The position numbers and the translations under genes were made by a program. The notes below the pieces were generated by a model. The model was not told the origin of the DNA. It ran no database searches and saw only the letters and a program-made list of their open reading frames with translations. Below are positions 11,759 through 26,851 of a stretch of 64,000 nucleotides of DNA, one piece after another; position 1 is the first letter of the stretch; each line of letters starts with the position of its first letter. The stretch is from Vulcanimicrobiota bacterium (GTDB lineage: Bacteria > Vulcanimicrobiota > Vulcanimicrobiia > Vulcanimicrobiales > Vulcanimicrobiaceae), in assembly GCA_963833095.1 (NCBI GenBank), contig CAWHWQ010000005.1, positions 480,001-544,000 of the forward strand, read 5' to 3'.

Positions 11759-13270
11759 ATGCCCTGGAAGACTCTCGTGCTGCCGGTTATCGCGGCGGTG
11801 GCGCTCTCGACCGGCCCGATTCGGGCCGGTAAGCGGACCACGCTTACCCCGCGACAACGCACCGCGCATACGGCCCATACCGGGCCGCCTTCAACGGCGG
11901 CTCAGCTGCGCCCCGGCGGCGCTCGGCCGGCAGCCGATGTCACTGAGCGATGCGGTCACCTACGCGTTGACCACAGTTCGACGGTCTCCACAGCAGATCG
12001 CCAACGTCGCCGACGCCAGCACGCACTCGCATCACAACGGGCGACGCGTGGCCGCTGGTCAACGGGCAGCTTCAGAGCTACCTTCCAAAAGCGCCAACTT
12101 CGAGGGCGCGTTCGCCGCAATCGGCGCTTCGCAGCAAAATGAGTCAGCCAGAACACCGTGCAGATCGGCATCAAGTAACTGGAACCTGGACAGCGGCGGA
12201 TTTGCTTTCCTGGCAGCTGGCCGCGGCCCGCGCCTCAGGAAGCCCAGGCCCGCAACACGCTGGCCAATACGGAGGACCAGATCGCGACCAGCGTGACCAA
12301 CTCCTTTTACGCCAGTCGCCCAGCGGCAGGCCACGTGCTGGTCGATCTCGTCGCGCCTCAACTATCAAAACATCTTGCTCGACGCGTCAAAAACCAAAGA
12401 GAAAGCCGGCGTGGCTGCGGGCGTCGACGTCCTGCAGGCGCAGGCGCCAAGCCAAGAGCGAGTCGCAGCTCGTTGCCGATCGCGCCGGCGTCGACGACGC
12501 GAGCGAGCAGCTCGCCAACAGATCGGCGCACCGATCCAATCGAAGTTCCTGGTGCCACACGCCATCCCGCAGCCGCCGATTCCGCCAGGATCCGTCGACT
12601 CGCTCGTTGCGATTGCCGACGTCAATGCCGCCCCGACGTCTTCCGCCGCGCACGAGGCCGTCTGGCCGCGCAATTACACGCGCAAGGGCTGGAACGTCGA
12701 ACTCTGTTCCGTGAATCCATCTCGGCCAACATCGGCAACCAGTTTTCCCCGACGGGCGCGGTGGCCGAGCAGCAATCGATCGATCAGGAATGCACCGCCG
12801 GTCTCATCCCGCGCCGATGCCCGACCGTGCCGCGCGGCTCGTTCGGGTTCTGGTCGATTCGGCGCTGTCTCGACGTTCTCGCTGCCGATCGTCGACTACA
12901 ACGCGCGCCACAGCGAGCGCGTCAACGACGACGCGCAGCTCGCTTCGGCGAAGACGAACGCTGGACCAAACCCGCCACAAGGCAGATCGACGTTCGCCAA
13001 GCTATCGCGCCGCGAAGACCGCGGAAGCCCAGCTCTGCCTCGCGCAAGTCGAAGCCACGGCCGGCACGGAAGCCGCACGCATCGCCGAACTGCAGTACAA
13101 GCGCCGGCGTGAAGGGGATCTACGACGTCCTTCAGGCGCAGCAAGAATCGCCCAATCGGCGCAAAACGACTACGTGAACGCGCGCGATCAACTACGTCAA
13201 TGCGGTCGTCAAACTGCGAGTCTCGCTCGGAACCTACACTGCCCGAAGCGCCGTCCTGGATCTGAAATAG
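11759..13270 (+). CDS. TolC-family outer membrane efflux protein, heavily frameshifted
   Basis: Signal peptide MPWKTLVLPVIAAVAL; MSLSDAVTYAL; AGVAAGVDVLQAQA; ARIAELQYK..G..YDVLQAQQ. Confidence 0.7.
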
Positions 13271-13278
13271 GAAGCATC

Positions 13279-14603
13279 ATGAGCAAACGCACACGCAACC
13301 TCATCATCATCGCCGGCGCGCTCGTGCTGCTCGTGATCGTCGCGGTCGTCGCTGCTCGCCGCAAGCACGCCGATGTCGCCGAAGTCCGGCTGCAAAACTC
13401 AGCTACACGACATTTACCGTGAAGCTTCCCGAGAACGGCGTCGTGATGAATCCCACGACGCGGCGACGATTCCGGCGCTGGTCGGCTGGCAACCTCGGGC
13501 AGATCTTCGTTCAAGGCCGGCAGCGCGGTAAGCCAGGGCGAATTGCTCGCGACGATTTACAACCCGACGATCCAGTACAACGCGGCGGGCTCGCGAGGCC
13601 GACTGCGGCATCGGCCGGTTGCGAACATCTCCGCGGCGCGTGGTCTCGAGAAAGAGCGCGCAAGGTCGGCAATCAGGCGCAGGTCGATACGAACAAGTCG
13701 TGCGCTCGATCTAGCGCAAGCGCGTGTACGAGGAAGACGTGTCGCATGTTACGCCAACAAGGCGATCCGCGCAATCAAGCTCGACACCGACAAAGCCAAC
13801 GCTCGACCAGGCGCAAGTCGCCTACGATCAATCCGTGCAGCAGCTAAAGCTCGGCGCGGTCTCCGGCTACAACGGCGGCTCGCGTTCAAGCGGCGCAAGC
13901 GGCGGCCGAAAAGAGCGAGCATCATCAACGCTCAGAACCAGCAACAGACTCGCGTTCTACAGATCCGCGCGCCGTTCGAGCGGCGTCATCCAAAGCGTGA
14001 CGCTGCGCAGACCAACAACGCGCTGCGCCCGCTCCAGCCCGGCGATGCGGTCGACGGCGGGGCAAGCGATCTTCACAATCGCCGGCGGACACGATTACAT
14101 CGTGCGCGCGCAAGTCGACGAACAGGACATCATCAACGTGCGCCTCGGGCAAGCCGGCGAACGTGAGCGGAGAAGATTTTCCCGGCAAGACCATTCACGG
14201 GCACGTCGCGCGCATCGCACCGATCGCGACAAAATCGACCGATGCCTCGAGCACCGCGAAGCAAGTGCTCACGACGATCGCAGCTCGACCAGAACCCGCC
14301 GTTTCTCCGCGACGGAATGAGCGCCGACGTGGACATTCTCACGACCGACATTCCGCGCGTCGATCGCGATTCCGAACGACGCAATCGTCACAAGAGAACG
14401 GCAAATCCGCCTACGTCTACGTCGTGCAGCGGCGGCATCGCCAAGAAGCGCTCCGTACCTAGGTCGCCGGGAAACGGCGACACGCAAACGTTCGTGATGT
14501 CCGGATTTGCCCCGGCGACGCGATCGTCGCGCAGAAGGCCCTCGGCCTCACCGACGGTGCGAAGGTGAAAGCGATGCCGTCACCGCCGAGCTCGCTCCCC
14601 TAG
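13279..14603 (+). CDS. Periplasmic adaptor (MFP, MacA/YknX-like), frameshifted
   Basis: N-terminal membrane anchor; IRAPF, VRAQVDEQDIINVRLGQ, GHVARIAPIA, LRDGMSADVDI. Confidence 0.8.
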
Positions 14604-14608
14604 GCTAC

Positions 14609-15815
14609 ATGACCTATCTTCTCTCCTATCTCGAGGAAGCGATCGCGGCGCTGTGGCGCAATCGAGTGCGCTCGGTCTTGACGATGCTCGGCATGATCAT
14701 CGGAGCGCGTCGATCATTGCCGTCTTCGGCATCAGCCGGGCCGCGACGAGCGGGATTACCGGAACCTTCGCGTCGTTCGGCACCCGGTCCCCATCGGCGT
14801 CGAGACCATCGTCACAGAACTATCCGGCACGCGCGCAATGCGTTACCGACGACGCTGCCTCTGTTGGCCGCAGCCCTCGGCGATCGAGTCGAGCGACGTG
14901 CAAACCATCGTGGGAGCGCACCTAGAAAGTCGCTATACGGAGCGACGAACGAGCATTACTCGGTTGCGACACAGGATCGTTTCAAGACGATTCCTTGCGA
15001 TGACCGAGGGACGCAAGATCGACGCGAACGACGTAGCCTAGCGCGGCGCGCGTCGTTGCGCTTATCGCAGAGCTCGCCGACAAGTTTTTCACGGACGCGC
15101 CAGTCGATCGGACAAGAACTTACGATCAACGGTGCCCGCTATACAGTTGTCGGCGTCTATCGCCGACATCAAGGCTCGTCCTCTGCTCAACGTCAATTGC
15201 CGGCTCGATTATATCGTCATTCCCGACTCGACGTTTCACCGCGATCTCAACGAGCCTCCGCCGACAACATTGAAATCTACCCATTGAAGGGGTCGAATGC
15301 CGACGCGCTGCGCGACCAAATCGTGAGCGTGCTCCAGCACATCCATGGACCGCAGGCCCAATACGTCGTCACCGATAGCGCCGCCCACATCGGCAGTTTC
15401 GAAAACGTGCTCAACATCATCGCGCGTCGGCCTTCGGCGCCATCGGCGGCGTCGCGCTGGTCGTCGCCGGCATCGGCATCATGAACATCATGCTGGTGTC
15501 GGTGACCGAGCGCACGCGCGAGATCGGCATTCGCAAATCGATCGGCGCAAACCGCGGCAACATCATCTTGCAGTTCCTGATGGAGTCGTCGTGCTTTCGC
15601 TCATCGGCGGCGGCATCGGCATGGGGCTCGGCATCGCGCGTCACGCATCGGCGCGCGCACGTGCTCAGCCACACAGCTCGGCGCGCTGCTCATTCCGTAC
15701 TTGCTGATCGTCAGCATCGCGCTCGCGTTTTCGATCGCGATCGGGAATGGTCTTCGGCACGTATCCGGCGAATCGCGCGGCCAGCCTGGACCCGATCGAG
15801 GCGCTGCGCTCGTGA
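14609..15815 (+). CDS. ABC transporter permease (MacB/FtsX type), frameshifted
   Basis: [52 protein letters not shown]. Confidence 0.85.
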
Positions 15816-17022
15816 TGATTACATCGAAGAAGCGATGCCGTGCTGTTGGCCAACAAAATGCGTCGCTGCTGACGATCACTGGGTCTGATCATCGGCGTCG
15901 CGGCCGTGATTGCGATCCAAGTGCTCGGAGCGAGCATGGCGGGCGCGATCAACGGGCTGCTCGGCGGCATGTCGCCGACAACTCGCTTCATCATCTTCCC
16001 GAACTCGCCGCAAGCGCAACGTCGTCCAGGCAGCGATTAAAACTGAGCGACTTGCAGACGATCATGGCGCGAGGTCCCCGGCATCACCTCGACGCCGTTC
16101 CACTCGGCGGCGTCAGCCGACTCGTGCGCCACGGTCACAACACCGGAACGCTCATCGCTCTCGCCGGAAACCGCGATTCCGCTTACGACAACCTGCCGCG
16201 TCTACGGCCGGCATATCGAGTCAAGACGACATCGATGCCGCGCGCACAACGTAGCCGTCATCTACGACGAACGTACCGGCTCTTTCCTGAAGGCGGCGAT
16301 CCGACCGGGGAGAGCATCTATGCCGGGCCGAACCGCTACGTGATCGTCGGCGTGCTTGCAGAGCCGCGAGCAGGGTTGCTCAACGCAACGTTTGGCGGCG
16401 ATGTTGCGATCCCGTGGACGACGTACTTGCGTCAGTACATCCGCGGAGATCGCATCTTCGCCGCGCGCTTCATCGTGGAGGACGCAGATCGACCATGCCC
16501 GCAACCGAGGCCGCCGTGATCAACAAGATCCGCGCGCTGCGCAAAGTAGGCACCGACTTCGCAGTATCAAACCTTCGACAAGGCGCAATTCACCCAAGGC
16601 ATCAACGGCGTCTTCGGCGCGATGACGCTCATCGTCGCCCTGATCGGCGCGGTCTCGCTGCTCGTCGCCGGCATCGGCATCATGAACATCATGCTGGTTT
16701 CGGTCGCCGAGCGAACGCGCGAGATCGGCGTACGCAAAGGCGATCGGCGCGCGCCGTGGCAGATTCTCGCGCAGTTCTTCATCGAAGCGCTGCTGCTGTG
16801 CGCGCTCGGGCTGCGCGATCGGCTGGGCGATCGGGCTCTTGGCATCGGCGGCTCGTCAATGACGTCTTGCGATCGTCAAAGTCACCGGATACATCGCGCC
16901 GCTGCCGTGGCTCCAAGCGTTCCTGATTGCGGCCGTCTTCGCGTCGTCGTAACGCTCGCGTTCGGCACCTATCCCGCCTTCCGAGCGGCGGCGCTCGATC
17001 CGATCGAGGCGCTGCGCTATGA

Positions 17023-17026
<4 letters not shown>
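15815..17026 (+). CDS. Second ABC transporter permease (MacB/FtsX type), frameshifted
   Basis: [43 protein letters not shown]. Confidence 0.85.
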
Positions 17027-17732
<706 letters not shown>

Positions 17733-17836
17733 CCAAAGGCTAGCTTTATAGCCCCGTGAGGAACGCTCTGAAACCAACCATCGTTTTGCGGGTAGAAATA
17801 GCCTCAAGAATAATCTTCCCCTCAGATTGGAGAATC

Positions 17837-19066
17837 GTGAAGAATCGCGTATTGCCCACAGTCATCGTCGGCCTCGTCGGGCGCCATCCTCGGCAGCTTC
17901 CTCATGATGCTCTACGCGAGCACGCACTTCGCCAATGTCGCGGGGCCGGACCATACGCCGCCGGCCGTCGCCGCCGCTCCGCTCAACGGCGTCAGCGATC
18001 AAGATCGCATCGTCAGCGCCGTCAAGCGCACGAAAGCGTCGGTCGTCGCGATCACCGAGACGATCAACGGCCAGCAAGTCGTTCCGCTCGACCCGTTCAT
18101 CCAGCAGTTTTTCGGCCAGCAGGGGCCGGGCATCGTCCAGCACTACAAGGGGCAAGCCTCCGGTTCGGGCTTCGTCTACGACGACCAAGGGCGACATCGT
18201 CACCAACGCGCACGTCGTAACCCGCCGCAGTGGCGCAAAGTCTCCAAGCTGACGGTCGTCTTTTCCAACGGCGATAAGGTGCCGGCGCACGTCGTCGCCG
18301 CGAACATCGGCGCCGACGTCGCGATCATCAAGAGTCGACGACTACGCGAAGCTCCCGCCGCCGCTTGACTTCGCCGACTCCGATCGGCTCGAGCAGGGCC
18401 AGTGGGCAATCGCCATCGGCGAGCCGCTCGAGCTGCAGCAGACCGTGACCGTCGGCGTCGTTTCGGCCTTCAACCGCGACGAACCGATCGCGACCGAGAA
18501 CGGCGGCGACGGCTATCGACTTCAAAGGCCTCCTCCAGACGTCGGCGCCGATCAATCCCGGCAACTCCGGCGGCCCGCTGATCGACATCGACGGCCGCGT
18601 GATCGGCATGAACCAGTCACCGATCGAATCGGCGTACGCCCAAGGCATCGGCTTCGCGATCCCGTCGAACACCGTCCGCACCGTGGTCGCCGCAGCTCCA
18701 AGCAACCCGGGCGTCCATCAGGGCACCGACGCCGGCTTCATCGGCTCTGCACGGGTCGATCTCACGGCCGGTTTCCGCAATCAAACCGGCTACAACGGCC
18801 AAGGCGGCATCGGCGTCGGCCAAGTCTTCCCGGGCTCGCCCGCCGACAAGCCGGCACTCGAACCCGGCGACGTGATCCTCCAGGCCGACGGCAAGCCCAT
18901 AACCACGGCGACGCGCTCGCAACTACATCGCCTCCAAGAAGCCCGGCGACACCATCCGCCTCGAAGTCTGGTCGCAAGGCGTCAAGAAATTGTCGCCATC
19001 AACCTCGAGGAACGCCCGGCCGACCAAGTCGGCGCCCCCCAACAGGGCAACGGCCAGGGTCCTTAG
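17837..19066 (+). CDS. htrA: HtrA/DegP-family serine protease with a PDZ domain, frameshifted
   Basis: [39 protein letters not shown] segment [19 protein letters not shown]. Confidence 0.88.
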
Positions 19067-19081
19067 ACAAAGACTAAAAAC

Positions 19082-19170
19082 CGAAGGACGCGACATCCGA
19101 GGCACCCTTCGAAGCAAGCATAAGCAAGAAAGCGAGCGGAGCAGGGTGCCTCGGGGCGTCGCGCCCTTCG
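19082..19170. repeat. Long imperfect inverted repeat (about 27-bp arms) between htrA and dnaK
   Basis: CGAAGGACGCGACATCCGAGGCACCCT ... AGGGTGCCTCGGGGCGTCGCGCCCTTCG. Confidence 0.8.
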
Positions 19171-19428
19171 TGTAGGACCCACCTGCAACCGGCCTCTTCC
19201 GTTTGGTGTTGGAAACAACAGACCCGTCCTCGTGTATGATGGTGGGTACTACGACTGCGTGAGCCCGTAAGCGGCAAGGCAGACTTCGCCCTCGTTTCGC
19301 ATCCCCGAATCCATGTGACTGTTGCACTTACCTCGGTGCACACTCGCCTCGGCTAAGGTTGCGGCGAGTGCCCGCAGAGAAGCTGGTCCGGAGCCCCCGC
19401 AGACATATTTTCGAGAGGTAGTATTTAC

Positions 19429-21293
<1,865 letters not shown>

Positions 21294-21297
21294 CTCC

Positions 21298-21388
21298 TTG
21301 TCATCCCGAGCGTAGCGAAGCGTAGTCGAGGGACCGGCGTTAGCTGCCCTTCGACTACGGTGCTTCGCACCTACGCTCAGCGTGACAA
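21298..21388. repeat. REP-like palindromic element between dnaK and grpE
   Basis: TTGTCATCCCGAGCGTAG...CTACGCTCAGCGTGACAA termini, with internal GTAGTCGAGGG/CCCTTCGACTAC arms. Confidence 0.75.
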
Positions 21389-21400
21389 AGACTCTTTGAT

Positions 21401-21929
21401 ATGATGAACGATAACGAATTATTGACTGAAGCCGGTGAAGCGACGCTCGATCCTCCCGCGGGATCGACCGGCGATCTGCGCACGCAGCTCGCCGCGGCAA
21501 ACGCCAAAGCCGACGAAAACTACAACAAGTTTCTGCTCGCGATGGCCGATTTCGAGAACTACAAGAAGCGGATGGAGCGCGACATCGACTCGATCGTCAC
21601 CTCGCATCGCCGGAAGCTGCTCGAACGCTTTCTTCCCGTGCTCGACAACCTCGAACGCGCACTCGCATTCGATCAAGGCGGCGGCGACGGACTGCGCGGC
21701 GGCATCGAACAGACGCTGCGCGGGTTCGAAGCCATGCTCGCGAGCGAAGGCGTAAAGCCGATCGACGTCAAGGGCAAACCGTTCGATCCGCGCATCGCCG
21801 AAGCGATCGGTACGCTGCCGGCTCCGAAGGCGTCGCCGACGACACCGTCCTCGAGGTCGCCCAGAAGGGCTACACGATCGGCGACGAGGTGCTGCGCCTG
21901 CACAAGTCATCGTCGCCAAAGACGACTGA
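21401..21929 (+). CDS. grpE: Nucleotide exchange factor GrpE (one frameshift near the 3' end)
   Basis: [38 protein letters not shown]; its TGA overlaps the dnaJ ATG. Confidence 0.92.
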
Positions 21930-22956
21930 TGAACTACAAGGACTACTACGCGGTTCTCGGCGTCCCAAAGAGCGCGGCGGAAAAAGACATCAAGTCCGCG
22001 TACCGCAAGCTCGCGCGCAAGTGGCATCCCGACGCGAATCCGGACAACCCCAAAGCGGCCGAGGAGAAATTCAAAGAGATCTCCGAGGCCTACGAAGTGC
22101 TCGGGCGATCCCGAGAAGCGCAGGAAGTACGACGTTCTCGGATCGATTGGCAGCGCGCCGCGCAACAAGCCGAGCAGCAGCGCCGGTATCACCGCACCAC
22201 AGCGACAGCGACAACGATTTCGCGTTCGACTTCAGCGACGGCACGACGGGCGGCCGGCCAAGCGGATTCTCGGATTTCTTCGACATGTTCTTCTCGGGCA
22301 TCGGGCGGCGGCAAACGACGCAGACGCACCGACTTCGCGCAGCGCGGCCAAGATCTCGAAACGACGATCGAACTTGCGTTGCGCGACGTGTACGACGGCG
22401 GCAAGAAAGCCGTCGCGCTGCAGGTCGAAGACCTCTGCCCGCGCTGCCGCGGCACCGGCACCGATCAACGGCCGCCTCTGCCCGCAGTGCCACGGCACCG
22501 GCCGCGTCCTGGTCACCAAGAAGTTCGACGTTACGATTCCGAAAGGCATCCGCGACGGCCAGCGCATTCGCTTAGCGGGTCAAGGCGGCGTCGGCATCAA
22601 CGGCGGCCCGAACGGCGATCTGTACCTGATCGTCAAGCTGCTCGACGATTCGACGTACAAGCGCAAGGGCGACGATCTCTACGTCGATCTGCCGGTGAGC
22701 ATTTACGATCTCGTCCTCGGCGGCGAAGTCAAGGTGCCGACGATGGCCGGCCAAGTCGCGATGACGATTCCCGAAGGCACGCAGAACAACGCCTGCTGCG
22801 CCTGACCGGCAAAGGCATGCCCAAGGTCAAGGGCGGCGGGTGCGGGCGACCAATACGTTCGCCTCATCGGCCAGCTCCCGCAGAGCCTCACCGATAAAGA
22901 GAAGAAACTCTTCAAAGAGTTCGCGGGTCTGCGCAACGGCAAGAAGAGCCTCGTAG
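21929..22956 (+). CDS. dnaJ: DnaJ-class co-chaperone with a shortened zinc finger, frameshifted
   Basis: [21 protein letters not shown] region [10 protein letters not shown], two CxxCxGxG motifs, [21 protein letters not shown]. Confidence 0.88.
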
Positions 22957-22964
22957 GAGGCGCC

Positions 22965-23334
22965 ATGATCAAGGATATCGCTTTCACCGCGTACCCGTCG
23001 AACAACGTAAAGTCGACCCGTGAGTGGTACGAAAAGATGCTGGGCCTCAAGTTCAGCGGTGCATTCGAAGAGAACGGCGTCGAGAAATATAACGAGGCGC
23101 ATGTCGGCAATGCATACTTCAGCCTCATGACGTCCGAATGGGTCCAGCGCGAGCCCGGAACCGGTGTCGGCGTTGCATTTGAAGTCGACGACATCGAGGC
23201 GACGGTCGAAGTCTCTGCGTGATAGCGGTGTTGCCGTTGACGACATCTACAGCACCCCCGTATGCAAGGTTACGTCGTTCGACGATCCCGAAGGCAACAA
23301 GGTGACGCTGCATCAAATCACGGTGCCGCACTAG
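22965..23334 (+). CDS. VOC/glyoxalase family protein (one frameshift)
   Basis: AGGAGG RBS; WYEKMLGL, VAFEVDDIEA, FDDPEGNKVTLHQ. Confidence 0.8.
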
Positions 23335-23360
23335 ACGATGTTTGCCGGCCACGGGTTGAT

Positions 23361-25154
23361 GTGGTCGAACAGTACTCGCCCGATAAACCGAGAATTCGGC
23401 GCAAGGTCGACTGGCGGCGCATCGGCGCGCTGTTTCGCCCCTATTGGCGCGAGCAGTCCGTCGTTTTCGGCTGCATCGTCATCTCAGCGCTGCTCGGTTT
23501 GATTCCCGGCTTCATGACCGCGCGCATCATCGACGTCGCGATTCCGCAGAAGGACTTTCGCGAACTCACGATCGACGTCGGCGTCATCCTGGCAACGGCG
23601 CTCCTCTCGATGGGATTCGGCGTAGCTGCAGGGTTATCTGAACTCGCTGGTCGGCGAGGGCATCATGCGCGACATCCGCACGCGGCTCGTCTCGCATCTG
23701 CATCGCATGCCGCTCTCCTTCTTCACCGGCACCAAGACCGGCGAAATCATGAACCGCGTCTCCAACGATGTCGACAACATCGACAACGTGGTAACCGGAA
23801 CGCTGACCACGATCATCACCAACGTCGTGATGATCCTCACGACGCTCGTCGCGATGTTCGTGTGGAACTGGCGCCTCGCGCTGGTTTCGCTGGTCGTCGT
23901 TCCGTTCATGATCCTGCCGCTCGGACCGGTCGGCCGGCGCATGTACGAGATTCGCAAGAAGACGCGCGAACAGCGCGATACGATCGAGTCGATCACGCAA
24001 GAAACACTCTCGATCTCCGGGATCACGCTGATCAAATCGTTCGCGCGCGAAGCCTACGAGCGCGCGCGCTTCTACGACGTCGGCACGCGACTCATGACCC
24101 TCGAGATCCGTCTCGCGATGGTCGGCCGATGGTTCCTCGCTTCGGTCACCGCGATGGTCATCGTCGGGCCGGCGCTCGTCTGGCTCGGCGGCGGCTGGCT
24201 CGCGCTGCGCGGCGCGATCGACAGTCGGCGTGATCGTCGCGTTCATCGGCTACATCCAAGGCCGACTCTACGGGCCGGCCGCGGCGCTGGTCGGCGTCCA
24301 AGTGCAGATCGTCAGCGCGCTTGCGGTCTTCGAGCGCATCTTCGACTACCTCGACATGAAAACCGAGGACTACGATCCGCCCGGAGCCGTCGTGCTCAGC
24401 GATATTCGCGGCGAAGTGCGGTTCGATCGACGTCACATTCGGCTACGATTCGGACCGCGTGATCCTCCACGACGTTTCCTTCGACATCGAACCCGGACAG
24501 ATCGCGGCGTTCGTGGGTCCGTCGGGCGCCGGCAAAATCGACGATCACCCAGCTCGTTCCGCGCTTTTACGATCCGCAACACGGTCGCGTACTGGTCGAC
24601 GATCACGACGTCAAGACGTTAACGCTCGAATCACTGCGCGCTGGAATCGGCATCGTCACGCAAGAGACGTATCTGTTCCACGACACGATCGCAGCGAATC
24701 TACGCTACGCCAAACCCGACGCAAGCGACGACGAATTGATCGCGGCGTCGCGCAACGCGAACATACACGAGTTCATTACGACGCTGCCCGCTGGGCTATG
24801 AAACGATCGTCGGCGAGCGCGGCCACAAGCTCTCGGGCGGCGAGCGTCAGCGCCTAGCGATCGCGCGCGTGTTGCTCAAGAATCCGTGCATTCTGATTCT
24901 CGACGAAGCGACCAGCGCGCTCGACTCGCACAACGAGGCCGCGATCCAAGATGCGCTCGACGTCGTGATGCGCGGCCGGACCAGCCTCGTCATCGCGCAT
25001 CGCCTCTCGACCATCGTCAACGCCGACGTGATCTTCGTCATTGAGAACGGTCGGATCGTCGAGAGCGGCTCGCATGCCGTGTTGCTCGCTCGCAACGGCG
25101 CCCTACGCGCGCCTCTACCGCACCCAGTTCCGCGACACGGCGATAGCGACGTGA
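23361..25154 (+). CDS. ABC exporter (fused TMD-NBD, MsbA/MdlB-like), frameshifted
   Basis: [58 protein letters not shown]. Confidence 0.9.
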
Positions 25155-25258
25155 TCTGGTTCACGCGCCCACCGTCATGAAAGGAAGTGCTGTGGATTGC
25201 GGGGATCGCGACCGCGGTCGTTCTTGTATTTGTGATTTCCGTATTCTTCCGGAAGTAG
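25151..25258 (+). CDS. Putative small single-TM protein with an in-frame TGA
   Basis: GTG overlaps the ABC stop (GTGA); reads [34 protein letters not shown]. Confidence 0.4.
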
Positions 25259-25261
25259 CGC

Positions 25262-26141
25262 CTAGGAGTAGATCGGTTCGATCGATCCCATCTTCCCCGA
25301 CTGAAAATCGGCGAAGGCTTGCTCGAGTTCATCCGGCGTGTTCATAACGAACGGTCCGTAACGCACCATCGGCTCCTCGATCGGCTTGCCGGTGAGCATC
25401 AGGAACTCGAGCGGCTCGGTGCCTGCGTTTTCGACGGGGATCGTATCACCGTTGCGATCGAACACGATCGCCGCGCGTGCTGGATGCACGCGCTCCCCAC
25501 TAAAGCGCGCGTCGCCCGACATCAGGTACACGATCGCAGTGTGTCCGTCTTGCACCCCGTGCTCGATGCGCGCGCCGGGCTCGAGACGATAGTGCACGAA
25601 ACCAATCGGAATGCGCGTTTGCGCGGCACCCTTGACGCCTTGCACCTCGCCCGCGATCACGCGCGCCGTCGCAAGCCCGTCCGCGCTGCGCCACACCGGG
25701 ATCTGCGACGCGCGCACGTCTTGATAACGCGGACGCACGAACTTATCGACCTTGGGAAGGTTGATCCAAATCTGGAAGCCGTGCTGACGCCCGCCTTCGC
25801 GCATCATGCGCTCCGAGGGCATCTCGGCATGCACCACGCCGGCGCCGGCGGTCATCCACTGCACGTCGCCGGCACCGAATCTCGCCGCGATGGCCGGCCG
25901 AATCGGCGTGCTGATTCTCGCCTTCGATCACATACGTCACGGTCTCAAAACCACGATGCGGATGGTCGGGCGCGCCAATCGCCTCGCCGGGCGCGTAGAC
26001 GACCGGCCCGAGTTCGTCGATCAGCAGAAACGGATCAACTTGCATGACGCCTTGCACCGGAAATGGCCGGTGCACCAAAAAGCCGCCGCCCTCATGGAAA
26101 TCCTGGGCCGGCAGCACGAGAGAAACCTTGCGTTCTGACAT
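25262..26141 (-). CDS. Pirin family protein (one frameshift)
   Basis: DPFLLIDE, HPHRGFETVTY, QWMTAGAGVVHAEMP, FQIWINLP, YGPFVMN. Confidence 0.92.
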
Positions 26142-26179
26142 AGCAGTCTTCATAACCCGCGCGCGGTTGCGGCGGGTTC

Positions 26180-26851
26180 CTACGCAACTCCCGCCGGGAT
26201 CTTCATCTCTTTGGGCGGATGCGGGACGTGCAGCTTGGCACCCGTCGCGGCCTGGACATCATCGACGGTTACGCCGGGGGCAACCTCGAGCAACACCAGC
26301 CCCCGCGACTCGACGTCGATCACGGCCAGGTCGGTGACGATCTTGTTGACCACGCCCTTGCCGGTCAGCGGCAGGCCGCAGTACTCGAGGATCTTGTGGG
26401 CGTTGCCTTTGGCAACGTGTTCCATCATGACGATGACGCGCTTGGCGCCATGGACGAGATCCATCGCGCCGCCCATGCCCTTGACCAACTTGCCCGGGAT
26501 CATCCAGTTCGCGAGGTCACCGTTTTGCGAAACTTGCATCGCGCCGAGCACGGCGAGATCGATGTGACCGCCGCGAATCATGCCGAACGAAAGTGCGGAG
26601 TCGAAGAACGACGCGCCGGGCAGTACCGTCACCGTCTCTTTACCGGCGTTGATCAGATCCGGGTCTTCCTCGCCTTCGTACGGATAGGGCCCCATGCCCA
26701 GAATGCCGTTTTCGCTTTGCAGCGTCACGGTGATGCCGGCGGGCACGTAGTTTGGAATCAGCGTCGGCAATCCGATGCCGAGGTTGACGTATTGTCCGTC
26801 CTGGAGTTCCAGCGCAACACGCGCGGCTAGCTGAGTACGTGTGAGCGGCAT
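26180..26851 (-). CDS. scoB: 3-oxoacid CoA-transferase subunit B
   Basis: [25 protein letters not shown]. Confidence 0.9.
   Translation of the reverse strand: MPLTRTQLAARVALELQDGQYVNLGIGLPTLIPNYVPAGITVTLQSENGILGMGPYPYEGEEDPDLINAGKETVTVLPGASFFDSALSFGMIRGGHIDLAVLGAMQVSQNGDLANWMIPGKLVKGMGGAMDLVHGAKRVIVMMEHVAKGNAHKILEYCGLPLTGKGVVNKIVTDLAVIDVESRGLVLLEVAPGVTVDDVQAATGAKLHVPHPPKEMKIPAGVA

Noticed and set aside
19335..19375. CIRCE (HrcA operator) upstream of dnaK
   Set aside because: The arms only partly match TTAGCACTC/GAGTGCTAA and the spacer is about 20 nt rather than 9.
21401..22897. 498-aa ORF as a GrpE-DnaJ fusion
   Set aside because: A frameshift near 21830 joins the frames; the proper grpE end and TGATG coupling to dnaJ are visible at 21927-21931.
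25178..25180. TGA recoding (Trp, Gly or Sec; alternative genetic code)
   Set aside because: Intact genes use TGG for Trp and several end at TGA; one instance in an error-prone assembly is not evidence.
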